Positions 38,780 to 48,854 of a DNA stretch of 64,000 nucleotides are shown piece by piece (within the stretch, counting starts at the first letter, position 1; each line of letters starts with the position of its first letter). Source of the DNA: an uncultured Gemmatimonadales bacterium (lineage in GTDB: Bacteria; Gemmatimonadota; Gemmatimonadetes; Gemmatimonadales; GWC2-71-9); the NCBI GenBank assembly GCA_963695555.1, contig CAVOGR010000001.1, forward strand, positions 736,001 to 800,000, in the 5' to 3' direction. Below the pieces are notes generated by a model. It was not told the origin of the DNA, did not search any database, and saw nothing but the letters and a program-made list of their open reading frames with translations. The translations under genes and the position numbers were made by a program.

Positions 38780-41197
38780 GTGGAGATCTCTCCCGCTGTG
38801 TCGTCTCCATACCGGATGATGTTCACAATGTCCCATCGATGGGTGCGCCGCCGGATCGTGCGATCGTGGCGCGGCAGCCGCATCACCGCGGCCGGTCGGG
38901 CCGTGCCCGCCTTCCTCATGCTGATTGTTGGGTCGGCCGCCGCGCAGAGCCCCTCGGATCGCGCGGCGATCGACCAATTCCGCGATTCGCTGGCGTTGTC
39001 CTCCGACGCCGAGGCGATCACCGCACTGGAAGAGCGATTGATCGAGGTCGCGAAACGCGATCGAGACAACCCGGTCATCCACCTCAAGCTCGGATTCCTC
39101 GGGCTTCGTCTCGGCCAACTTCAGGGTGTCTCGCATGGCCGTGACGGAACGGCCTTCGACGACGCAGCGGTCGAGTTCGAATGGGCCGCCGAGCTTGCGC
39201 CTGACTGGCCCTATTCCTGGTACGGCCTCGGCCTCGCGGAACTGGGCCTGAGCTACCTGCCGCAGACGGCCGCGGAGAATGTGCGTCAGCATCTCGGCAA
39301 GGACCACCGAACCAAGGCCGCCGATGCGCTCGCGAAAGCCGCTCAGGCCGACCCGGCTTATGTGCCCGCCATCGCTCTCCTCAGCGAAGTCACGCTTGCC
39401 CAGAAGATCAAGCCCAAGCGTGAGGAGGCCTTGGCGGCGGCTCGCCGGGCGGCTCAGTCGGCGGCGGGAACCAGCCCGACCGTCCACCTAGCCCGGGCAC
39501 GGCTCGAACGAGAAGTGGGGTCGAGCGACTCGGCGATCGTCGCACTCCAGGCCTACGTCGCGACCGGAGGCGATCCGGCGATCGCGCGATTCGAATCGGC
39601 CCAGGCCCTCTACGACCTTGGTCGCACCCGGGACGGGATGGACGCCTACTTCGACGGGGCCGGAAACATCGTCTCCACCGAGGCACGAAAGCTCTACCGC
39701 TCCGATATCGAGTGGGTTGCCGACAGCGCCGAGCTTGCCTCGTACGATCTCGAGGAGGTAGGCGCGCTCAGGGCATGGCTGACTCACTTTTGGACTCGGC
39801 GCGATGTGGCTGCCGGACGGCGCCCAGGTGAGCGGCTGGCCGAACACAGAAGTCGCCAGACCTACGCGGTGAGAACCTTCCGGCGAATCGGGAGTCTCGA
39901 GTTCCTGCCGGCCCTGTACGATCCGCCGGTCTCGACCTTCCTGCAGCCCGGCGTGGTCGTGCAGGGTCCCGGCGGGGACCAGCCTGCGGCGCCGCGGGGT
40001 GAGCCGGGCGAGACGCCGGGGCAGGGGGTCGTCGATCTGGCGCTCCGGCGCGGTGAGAACCCGGTCACGGCGGGAGCGTGTGGTAGCGAGCTGGTCGACG
40101 CCCGCGGCGTCATCTACGTACGACACGGCGACCCCGACCAGACCGCGTCCTATGCCGGCGAGGACGCGCGGCCGAATGTGTCGTGGCAATACGAGCGGCC
40201 CGGCGGGCCCCTCATGTTCCACTTCATGCAACCCATCGGGGCCAGCGACTACTGCCTGTACGTCCTGCCCGATTTGACACCGAACGTGTTGGCCTCGCGT
40301 GCGGGCCTCTACTCAGGCTTCCTGACCCTCGGGTCGCGGGCGTCGGTAGAGCGGGCAGCAACACGGGGGTGGCATGACATGGCCGTGGGTCTCACCACCG
40401 ATTCGTACACCCTTCGTTTCCGTCGGAATCTGGAGCCGGTAGCGCGCGCCTACGCGCTGAGCATGCCCGACGGCGGCGGGAACAGGCTCGTCGTGGCGTA
40501 CGCGATACCGGGCAAAGAGCTGGAGCCCGAATCTGAGGCGGTCCCCGTGACGTACCGCCTGCGAGTGCGCACTCTGGTGAGTACGGAGCGGGACAGCCTC
40601 ATCACCGCCAGCGATTCGACTCGGCTCGTGCGGCACCAGACACGCCTCGGTCGGGGCGAATACCTGACCGGACTCGTAGGGTTTCCGTTACCGGTCGGGC
40701 GCTACAACGTGCGGTTGGTTGTGAGCCAGGACGAGCGTGAAGCGGGTGGTTCCGCGGCCTTTCCTGCAATCGACCTACCGGACTTCAGTCGCCCGCGTCT
40801 GAGCCTGAGTGATTTGGTGCTTGGGCGCGACGGTTTGGGGCTCCGGATGCGGACCGGTGGTGGCACGGTGCCGGTTGATCCCCTCAACACCTACCCGGTT
40901 GGTGCCACGGTCGACGTGTACTACGAAATGACGGGAATGGCGTCCGGTTCTCAGTACCAAACGGATATCGAGTTGGTGCCCATCGAAAGCGGCGATGATG
41001 AAACGGCACTCGAACGCCGGGTTCCGGACATCACATTGAGCTTCAGCGAACTGACCGACGCGCCCATCGTTCGGGTAACCCGCCGTGTGGACCTGGGTGT
41101 GCTCCGAGCGGGTCAGTATCGTCTCAGGGTCCGGGTGACCGACCCATCGACCGGTACGAGTCGGCGTCAGGACGCCACAATTGCCGTGGTCGACTGA
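38780..41197 (+). CDS. Secreted TPR-like + GWxTD-like domain protein, paralog 1 (start uncertain)
   Basis: FWTRRD...ERLAEH..R..YA...DARGVIYVRHGDP; C-terminal Ig-like domain. Confidence 0.75.
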   Translation: MEISPAVSSPYRMMFTMSHRWVRRRIVRSWRGSRITAAGRAVPAFLMLIVGSAAAQSPSDRAAIDQFRDSLALSSDAEAITALEERLIEVAKRDRDNPVIHLKLGFLGLRLGQLQGVSHGRDGTAFDDAAVEFEWAAELAPDWPYSWYGLGLAELGLSYLPQTAAENVRQHLGKDHRTKAADALAKAAQADPAYVPAIALLSEVTLAQKIKPKREEALAAARRAAQSAAGTSPTVHLARARLEREVGSSDSAIVALQAYVATGGDPAIARFESAQALYDLGRTRDGMDAYFDGAGNIVSTEARKLYRSDIEWVADSAELASYDLEEVGALRAWLTHFWTRRDVAAGRRPGERLAEHRSRQTYAVRTFRRIGSLEFLPALYDPPVSTFLQPGVVVQGPGGDQPAAPRGEPGETPGQGVVDLALRRGENPVTAGACGSELVDARGVIYVRHGDPDQTASYAGEDARPNVSWQYERPGGPLMFHFMQPIGASDYCLYVLPDLTPNVLASRAGLYSGFLTLGSRASVERAATRGWHDMAVGLTTDSYTLRFRRNLEPVARAYALSMPDGGGNRLVVAYAIPGKELEPESEAVPVTYRLRVRTLVSTERDSLITASDSTRLVRHQTRLGRGEYLTGLVGFPLPVGRYNVRLVVSQDEREAGGSAAFPAIDLPDFSRPRLSLSDLVLGRDGLGLRMRTGGGTVPVDPLNTYPVGATVDVYYEMTGMASGSQYQTDIELVPIESGDDETALERRVPDITLSFSELTDAPIVRVTRRVDLGVLRAGQYRLRVRVTDPSTGTSRRQDATIAVVD

Positions 41198-41324
41198 GCG
41201 GAGGGCACACGGCCCGCTGCATGTGCGCAGGTGATTGGCTCAGGCGTCCCTAGTCGTGGACCCGCGAGGATCTTGGTGCTATACCTTATAGGGGTCGAAC
41301 GCACGGGGCGGTCGGGATATTGCT

Positions 41325-43662
41325 GTGGCCCAGCCCGCCAACCGTTCTGACGCGCCGCGAGAAATGCCAGTACGCATGATTCATTCGAACCATCATCACA
41401 GAATTGGCCAAGGCCTGCGTCGGGCTATCCTGCCGGGCTTCGCTGCGTGTGTATTCGTGCTCTCCCCCGTCACGGCGCGGCCATGCGCCGCCCAGCTCCT
41501 CGACCAACGCGAAGCACTCGAGCAGTTCCGTGATTCGCTTGCCGCCGTGCGCGACACGACCCAGCTCCTCGCGCTGAAGCAGGCGATGGTCCGGGTGGCT
41601 ACTGACGACCGTAACAACACGCTGCTTCACCTGAAGCTCGGGTTTCTGAACCTTCGACTGGCCAATCTCGGGGTCGCCCTGCAATACGACGATGCCGCCG
41701 CCGAGTTCGAATGGGCCACGGAGCTCGAGCCCACGTGGCCCTACGGGTGGTATGGGCTGGGCCTGGCCGAGTACGGCGTTGGCGATTCCCAGATTTCGTT
41801 CGTGACCGGCATCAAGACGATGTTCGGCAAGGACGCACTGTCGCGGTCCGCCGACGCCTTTGCGAAGTCGGCCGAAGTCGATCCCGCGTTCTCACTTGGC
41901 CTGGTCGAGCTGGCCCGGACCGCGCTCAAGCAGCGGGTCAATATCAAGTTGGACGTCGCCCTCGCGGCACTCAGGCATTCGGCGGCGACATCCGCGGGGG
42001 CCGTGCCCCAGGTCTTGCTGGAGCGTGGCCGAGTGGAGCGGGAGGCCGGCAGTCTCGACTCTGCACTCGCCGCCTTCAATGCCTATCTCCGTGTCGGCGG
42101 CAAGCCCGGGCTCGGGCTGCTCGAAGGGTCCCGGACCAAGTGTCTGCTCGGCGCGACGGACTGTTTCCGCGACTACCTGCATGGCGCAGCCTATGATGAT
42201 CCGCCATCGGTGAGCGAGTATCGCAAAGACCTGGCCTTCATCGCGACGGACGAGGACCTCAATCGGTTCGATCGGACCTGGGGCAACCAGCGTGCCGAGT
42301 TTCTCAAGGAATTCTGGACGACCCGGGACCGGCACGATCTGCGGCGCGACGGCGAGCGGTTGCGGGAGCATTACCGCCGCTACTTCTACGCCAGGCAGAA
42401 CTTCGCGCTCGCGAGTACCAACCGGCATTACGACATCGTCGAACGCTATCGGTCCGAAAGCGTAGACTTCGACGACCGCGGCATCATCTATATCCGCCAC
42501 GGCGAGCCCACGGATCGCGCATCGTATCGGGGCCGTGACGTCGAGCCGAACGAATCGTGGCGGTACGAGCGGGCCGATGGCGACCTCATTTTCCACTTCA
42601 TCGCACGTGAAGACGTTCAAGACTACAAGTTGGTCGAGAGCCTGTTCGATGTGTTGGGCAATGCGGCAACGGTGACGCTGCGGGGTACCGGTGTTTCCGG
42701 CGACCCGGTGGCGACCGAACTCCTGCTGTCGCGCGAGCGACTCTCGCCGATCTATGGCCGGATTCAGTCGTCGGGATTTGCCGGGACCAACCGGTACCAG
42801 GCCGAAGAGCGGTCACTGGGGCGGACCAGTATCGAGGTCGGGACCTCGACCGATAGCTACGAGCTCACGTTCGCCCGGCCGCTTCGGGGCGAGACCCAGG
42901 TGCTCGCCGTCGGCCACGACGAGAACGGGCCCCAGCTGCAGCTCACGTTTGCCATTCCGGGATCGGCACTCGAGGGAACGAAGGTCCAGCGCGGGCACTC
43001 TCTATCCGGTGCGGGTGCTCTTCGTTGCGCAGGACTCGGCGGGGAACGTCGTCAGCGCATGCGACACGACGCGCTTCTTCCTGGCCGGCAATCCCGTGCC
43101 CCAGCACGAGTACCTGGTCGGACGGGTGGCGGTCGATGCCCCGGCCGGCAAGCTCCGCTATCGGCTCGCAGTCCAGCACGGAGAGCATGCGGGCCTCGTG
43201 ACCCCGACCGATACGATCGAAGTAGTGCGGGCGGACGGGACCACCTTTGCATTGAGCGACCCCGTGCTCGGTGCCAAATGGAGCACCCTCCTCTGGCTCC
43301 CGACGCCCGTCGACTCGGTGTACTTCAACCCGCAGGCCGTGTTCGGCTCCAACGATTTACTCGAACTCTACTATGAGGTGTACGGGCTCGAGTCGATGGC
43401 GACGTACAAGACCCAGTTGGCCGTCAAGAAGGGAAGCGGAGGAGGTGGCTTTCTGGGTATAGGCAAGCTGTTCGGCGGCGGCGGCGCGGAGATCAGCATC
43501 AAGTTCGAGGAGCAGGCGCCCGGGCCGATCGTGCGGAGCCGCCGCACGATCGAACTCGGTAAGCTCAAAGCAGGGCAGTATACCCTCGAAGTCACGGTCA
43601 CCGATGCCCAGGGCCGCACCGAACGCCGACAACAGGCGTTCCGGGTTGTCGCCGCGCCCTAG
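41325..43662 (+). CDS. Secreted TPR-like + GWxTD-like domain protein, paralog 2 (frameshift near 42993)
   Basis: FWTTRD...ERLREHYRRYFYA...DDRGIIYIRHGEP; the C-terminal half continues in the 42691-43662 frame. Confidence 0.78.
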
Positions 43663-45821
43663 GCGGGCTCGCCGTTCTCGCGTTCGCGCTCGCCGTAGGC
43701 GCGCTCTGGTGGCCAAACGGGACCGCAGCCGCACAAGCTCCCGAAGATCGCCAAGCTCTCGAGCTGTTCCGTGACTCGCTCGCCACTGCCTCCGACACCG
43801 CCTCCCTGCTTCGGTTCGAAGCGAGCCTGATCGAACAAACCAAGCTCGATCGTCACAACCCCATCCTCCACCTTCGGCTCGGCTTCCTGGCGCTCAGGCT
43901 CGGGATGCTCGGCGACAAGTCCCACTTCGATGATGCGGCCTCCGAGTTCGAATGGGCCGCCGAGCTCGAGCCCGATTGGCCGTACCCACTACTTGGTCTC
44001 GGCGTCGCGGAGCGCGAGCTGGGCCGTGGCGTCGGCTCGCTCCTGTTCGGTGTGAAGGCAATGCTCGGCAAGGATCAAGACACCAAGGCCGTGACGGCCT
44101 TTGCAGGCGCCGCCCAGGTCGACCCGGGGTTCGTGCCCGCGCTTACCGAACTGGCGCAGACGACCGACAGCATGCGGTTGAACCGCCGGCCCGATCTCAC
44201 CCTCGCCGCCTTCCGCCGCGCCGCGAGCACCGGTGAGATCGCCGATCCGGACTATCATCTCTATCGCGGCCGAGTCGAACGCGCCTTCGGCGATCTCGAT
44301 TCGGCGCTGGCGGCGTTCCAGCAGTATCTGTCGCTCGGGGGTACCCGAGGGCTCGCGTTGCTCGAGATCGCCCGGTCCAGGCTGGCGCTGGGTCAGACCG
44401 AGGCGCTGGAGCAGTACCTCGAGGGGGCGGCCTGGGAGGACCCCGAACTGGCCGCGCTCTACCGAAGCGATATCGCGCCCGTCGCGACCGACGGTGAGCT
44501 GGCTGAGTTCGATTCCCTCGATGGGGCGGGGCGCGCCCGCTTGCTCCGAGAGTTTTGGGGCAATCGCGACGCGGCCGACCTTCGGTCCGACGGCGAGCGG
44601 GTGACGGAGCACTACCGGCGGCTGGTATACGCCAGGCGTTATTTTCGTCTCGGGCCGTTCAGGCGGGTCTATGACTACGGAGAACGATATCGCAGTGGAA
44701 GCAGGGAGTTTGACGACCGTGGCGTCATCTACATTCGACACGGGCCGCCGCTGACTCGGCAGATTCACGTCACGCCGGCCGCGGCAACGTACGGTGCGGA
44801 GTCGTGGACCTACGTGATCGCAGAGCACATGCGAGCGTTCCATTTCGTGGGGCGCGAGGATCCCGACGACTATCGGCTGGTCGACAGCCCGCTCCGCATG
44901 CCTGTCGCAGCCCGCGAAGAGTTCCTGCTCACGTGGGCTCCGAGGGCCGTCTCGGCAGGCGTGAGCGCACCGATGTACGCTACCAATCTGCGCGTGCAGA
45001 CTCTGAAAGACATCGACGTCGCAACCACGACGGATTCCTACGAGCTCCAATTCGCGAAGCCGATCAGCGCGTTCGCACAGGTTCTGGTCGCCGGCGCCCA
45101 GATGGGACGCAACAATCTTCATGTCGCCTATGCGATCGCGGCGGGGGATCTCGTCCCCACCCAATTGGTGAGCGGGTGGCTCTATCCCGTTCATCTCAGG
45201 CTCGCGGTCCTCGATAGCGCCGGTGCTCCAGTTGCGCGCGTGGACACGACCTCACTCATGGTGGCATCGCGTGCCCTGGGTCCGGACGACAACTTGCTTG
45301 GACACGTGGCTATCCCACTGCCGGCTGGGTCGTACACCCTTCGGTTCGCACTGAGCCAAGGAGATGTTGGCGGCGTTTTTCCACGTGAAGCGATCGATGT
45401 CCGCATCCCTGGCGAGGCGCTCGACCTGAGCGACCTGGTGGTGGGCACTCGCAAGATGGGTCTCTCCTGGGTGAGCCCTGCTCGCGACACCCTCTTCTTC
45501 GATCCGTTTCGTGTTGTGAGTGAAGGCGCTGTGATCGAGCTCTACTATGAGGTGTACGGTCTCACGCCTGAGGAGCCCTACGAGACCGAGATCAAGGTCG
45601 AAAAGGAGGGCGGAGGGCTCTTCCGTAAGATATTCGGCGGGGGCGGCAAGAAGATCCGCCTGGGGTTCTCCGAGACGGCAATGGGTCGGCTCGTCCGCGC
45701 GCGCCGCACGATCGATGTGGAAGGTCTGAAGCCCGGCGAATACGTTCTCACCATTACTGCGAAAAGGCCCGGCGGCGCCACGGCCGAACGGCGATATTTT
45801 TTCGTCATCGACGAGCGCTAA
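43659..45821 (+). CDS. Secreted TPR-like + GWxTD-like domain protein, paralog 3 (true start unresolved)
   Basis: The frame is open upstream of 43905 and encodes a signal peptide plus DRQALELFRDSL, matching the paralog N-termini; DDRGVIYIRHGPP. Confidence 0.75.
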   Translation, partial: LGGLAVLAFALAVGALWWPNGTAAAQAPEDRQALELFRDSLATASDTASLLRFEASLIEQTKLDRHNPILHLRLGFLALRLGMLGDKSHFDDAASEFEWAAELEPDWPYPLLGLGVAERELGRGVGSLLFGVKAMLGKDQDTKAVTAFAGAAQVDPGFVPALTELAQTTDSMRLNRRPDLTLAAFRRAASTGEIADPDYHLYRGRVERAFGDLDSALAAFQQYLSLGGTRGLALLEIARSRLALGQTEALEQYLEGAAWEDPELAALYRSDIAPVATDGELAEFDSLDGAGRARLLREFWGNRDAADLRSDGERVTEHYRRLVYARRYFRLGPFRRVYDYGERYRSGSREFDDRGVIYIRHGPPLTRQIHVTPAAATYGAESWTYVIAEHMRAFHFVGREDPDDYRLVDSPLRMPVAAREEFLLTWAPRAVSAGVSAPMYATNLRVQTLKDIDVATTTDSYELQFAKPISAFAQVLVAGAQMGRNNLHVAYAIAAGDLVPTQLVSGWLYPVHLRLAVLDSAGAPVARVDTTSLMVASRALGPDDNLLGHVAIPLPAGSYTLRFALSQGDVGGVFPREAIDVRIPGEALDLSDLVVGTRKMGLSWVSPARDTLFFDPFRVVSEGAVIELYYEVYGLTPEEPYETEIKVEKEGGGLFRKIFGGGGKKIRLGFSETAMGRLVRARRTIDVEGLKPGEYVLTITAKRPGGATAERRYFFVIDER

Positions 45822-45841
45822 GTCCGCGCCTGTCTTGACTC

Positions 45842-45856
45842 TGGCACGCGCTTTGC
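45842..45856 (+). promoter_or_regulatory. Candidate sigma-54 (-24/-12) promoter
   Basis: TGGCAC-GCGCT-TTGC, 14 bp before the kinase ATG. Confidence 0.55.
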
Positions 45857-45870
45857 CCTAGGTTCGCCTC

Positions 45871-47886
45871 ATGAACTGTTCTCGCTGCGGCGCCGAGGTC
45901 CAGCGCGAATGGAAGGCCTGTCCCGAGTGCGGACTCTCGCTTGCTGCAACGACCCCGATCCAGGCCATCCTCCAATACGACGTCGCGGAAATCGACCTGG
46001 TCCGCGAGGCCCTGGCTGAAGAATACGAGCTGATCTCGGAGTTGGGCCGCGGCGGAATGGCCGTCGTGTATCGCGCCAAGGAGAAGCGTCTGGAGCGCGA
46101 GGTCGCGATCAAGGTGCTGCCCTTCTCGCTCTCGTTCGATCCGGAATTCGTTGAGCGGTTCGAACGCGAGGCGCGCACATCCGCCGGGCTCGAGCACCCC
46201 AACATCATCCCGATCTACCGCGTCGGCCACTCCGGGAAGGTGGCCTACTTCGTCATGAAGCTGCTGCGCGGCCAATCGCTCTCGGGACTCCTGGCCGAGC
46301 GCGGTCGGCTCGAACCCGATGAGATCCGCCACTTGCTGATCCAGACGGCCGGCGCGCTCGGCTATGCCCACATGCGCGGCATCGTCCATCGCGACGTCAA
46401 ACCCGACAACGTCATGTTCGACGATTTCGGCGCCGCGATCATGACGGACTTCGGGATAGCCAAAGCCGTGAGCGGACAGCGGCTGACCGGCACCGGGATG
46501 TCGATCGGCACGCCGCATTACATGAGTCCGGAGCAAGCGCGGGCCCAGGACCTCGACGGTCGGTCCGACATCTACAGTCTGGGAGTGGTGGCCTATCAAT
46601 GTCTGGCCGGCCGGGTGCCGTTCGATGGGGAAGATGCCTTTGCCATCGGGTACCGTCACATCATGGATCCGGTCCCGAAGCCCACCTTGTCCTCTCCGGA
46701 CGAGCGGCGGCTCTACGAGATCATCTGGCGCATGCTCCAAAAAGAGCCGGGCGAGCGTTACCAGAGCTGCGAAAAGCTGATCGCCGAGCTGGGGGGAACG
46801 GTCGCGGCGGGCACCGGTGGGATGGCGGGGGTGGGGGCCGGGACCAGTGCCTCCGGGGCTCACTCCAGCGGCCCGCTTGCGGCCCGTTCGGGGCCATCGG
46901 CCACTATCCGGTCTGCCCCCACCACGCCATTACCGAACGTGGCAGCACTCGGCGGGCTGTCCCCGGCGCGGCCCTCGGGCCCGGTGGCGCGACCGGTGGC
47001 GTCGCGCTCGCCGGTCGCGATGGCCGAGCACCGCTCGTCTGGTCTGGGCTGGGTGTGGCTCGCGATCGTTGCACTCCTCGGCGGGAGCGGTGCCGCGGCC
47101 TATCATTTCAAGGTGGGTCCGTTCGCCGAGCCGGCCTCCGGGGCCTCGCTCGCTGAGCCGGTGGCAGCGGATTCTTCCCAGTTTGCGGGTGGGCCGATCG
47201 TGGATTCCGCCGCTGCCAAGGTGGACAGCACCCTGGCCCAGGTTTCGGCTCCCACGGCCCAGCCCGTGGCTCGTCGGCCATCTCCTCCGCCCGCCCAACG
47301 TTCGGCGCCTGCGCCACGCGACAGCGGTGCGATACGAATCCGGAATCTCCCGGCCGGGAGCCAGGTCCACATCGATGAGCGCGAGGCGATGACGGCGACG
47401 ACCAAGTTACCGGTCGGCGCCCACGTGATCGCCGTGATCGCACCACGGCACAATTTCTACACCGACACGGTGACCATCCGGCCCAACGAGCTGGTGCTCT
47501 ACGAGCCTCAGCTCTCAGCCTTCGGCGAGCCGGTGCGTGACAAATCCAAGGCGATCTCGACCCGGGCCGCGCCGCACTGCACCGGCCCCACCCTCGGGTA
47601 CAATGTCGACAAGGTCTGCTTCGATGTAGGCCCCCGTCCTCTGTCCGCCACCGAGATCCCCATTCCCGTCTCCGCGGCGAGGACCCCCCGGGCGACGCGG
47701 CTCCTGGTTCATGTGAAGAAGGACGGCAGCGTCGCCGAAGTGCGAGGCCTGCGGCCATCAGACGTGCGGGTGTTCGAGGCCGCAGCCCGTGGGTTTGCCC
47801 AAAGCCTCTCCTGGCAGCCGGCGACCAAGGGTGGCGTGCCGGTCGATGCCTGGACGCCGTGGGAGTTTTCTCCTGTCCGCCGGTAG
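45871..47886 (+). CDS. Ser/Thr kinase: zinc ribbon - kinase - TM - PEGA-like - TonB C-terminal-like
   Basis: CSRC..CPEC; GRGGMAVV, HRDVKPDN, DFG; TM helix; VHVKKDGSV...WQPATKGGVPV. Confidence 0.9.
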   Translation: MNCSRCGAEVQREWKACPECGLSLAATTPIQAILQYDVAEIDLVREALAEEYELISELGRGGMAVVYRAKEKRLEREVAIKVLPFSLSFDPEFVERFEREARTSAGLEHPNIIPIYRVGHSGKVAYFVMKLLRGQSLSGLLAERGRLEPDEIRHLLIQTAGALGYAHMRGIVHRDVKPDNVMFDDFGAAIMTDFGIAKAVSGQRLTGTGMSIGTPHYMSPEQARAQDLDGRSDIYSLGVVAYQCLAGRVPFDGEDAFAIGYRHIMDPVPKPTLSSPDERRLYEIIWRMLQKEPGERYQSCEKLIAELGGTVAAGTGGMAGVGAGTSASGAHSSGPLAARSGPSATIRSAPTTPLPNVAALGGLSPARPSGPVARPVASRSPVAMAEHRSSGLGWVWLAIVALLGGSGAAAYHFKVGPFAEPASGASLAEPVAADSSQFAGGPIVDSAAAKVDSTLAQVSAPTAQPVARRPSPPPAQRSAPAPRDSGAIRIRNLPAGSQVHIDEREAMTATTKLPVGAHVIAVIAPRHNFYTDTVTIRPNELVLYEPQLSAFGEPVRDKSKAISTRAAPHCTGPTLGYNVDKVCFDVGPRPLSATEIPIPVSAARTPRATRLLVHVKKDGSVAEVRGLRPSDVRVFEAAARGFAQSLSWQPATKGGVPVDAWTPWEFSPVRR

Positions 47887-48026
47887 GCGGACAGGAGAAA
47901 AGGCGGAAAGATGAAAGCGGGAAAGGCGGGATGTGTTTCGTAACGAGGGTCTAGCTCCTGCCGCTTGAACCTGCTAGAGTCAGTCTTCCCGACCTTCCGA
48001 CTTCCCGACTTTCCGTCTGACCGCCC

Positions 48027-48548
48027 ATGCCAGCCAGCCATCCCTCAGTCCATCCCACCGCCTTCATCGCACCCGGCGCAGTCGTCGTCGGTGACGTCTC
48101 CCTGGGTGAGGAGGCGTCCGTCTGGTACAACGCCGTGGTCCGGGGCGACATGGAGCCCATCGTGATTGGCGAGCGGAGCAATATCCAGGACGGCGCTGTC
48201 ATCCACGTGGACGAGGACATCCCGTGCACGGTGGGCCGGCGGGTGGTGGTGGGGCACCGGGTGATCCTGCATGGCTGCAGCGTCGAGGACGACTGCCTGA
48301 TCGGCATGGGTAGTGTGGTCCTCAATCGGGCCACGATCGGGGCTGGAAGCCTGGTGGCCGCAGGCGCGGTGGTGCCCGAAGGGATGGTGGTGCCGCCGCG
48401 CTCCGTGGTGATGGGTGTCCCCGGCCGGATCGTCCGTCAGGTGGACGATCAGATGGCCCAGCGCATGGCCGAAGGGTGGCAGCACTATGTGAGGCTGGCG
48501 CGTGGCCATGCGAGGGGGGAGTACCCGGGAGTAGGGAGTAGGGAGTAG
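48027..48548 (+). CDS. Gamma-class carbonic anhydrase family (hexapeptide repeat) protein
   Basis: VWYNAVVRGD, SNIQDGAVIH, GHRVILHGC, IGMGS. Confidence 0.92.
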   Translation: MPASHPSVHPTAFIAPGAVVVGDVSLGEEASVWYNAVVRGDMEPIVIGERSNIQDGAVIHVDEDIPCTVGRRVVVGHRVILHGCSVEDDCLIGMGSVVLNRATIGAGSLVAAGAVVPEGMVVPPRSVVMGVPGRIVRQVDDQMAQRMAEGWQHYVRLARGHARGEYPGVGSRE

Positions 48549-48640
48549 GGAGTAGGGAGTAGGGAGTGGGGCGCGCGAAAGTGAGAGCCGGCAGATGAGT
48601 TTGAGTGACCCTACTCCCTACTATCCCACTCCCTACTCCC
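48527..48640. repeat. (GGGAGTA)5 array followed by an inverted (CCTACTC-type) array
   Basis: Five perfect heptamers from 48527; complementary copies at about 48609-48640. Confidence 0.9.
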
Positions 48641-48854
48641 CTTCCGACATTTTTGTGATGTGGACACTGTTGCGTCCTGTCTGGTCGGACCATTCGCACG
48701 CTATTGTATTGTTGAGATTCTTGCCCTAGCTTGCCAATCCGTCTTTCTGGTTACAGTTACGTATATTTCTCCAACAATTGAAGTTGGCGGGGTTCAAGAA
48801 ACACCGTCTGTTCAGGCGGGAACCCCCTTCTTCGCCGCACTCTGAGGCTCTTCC

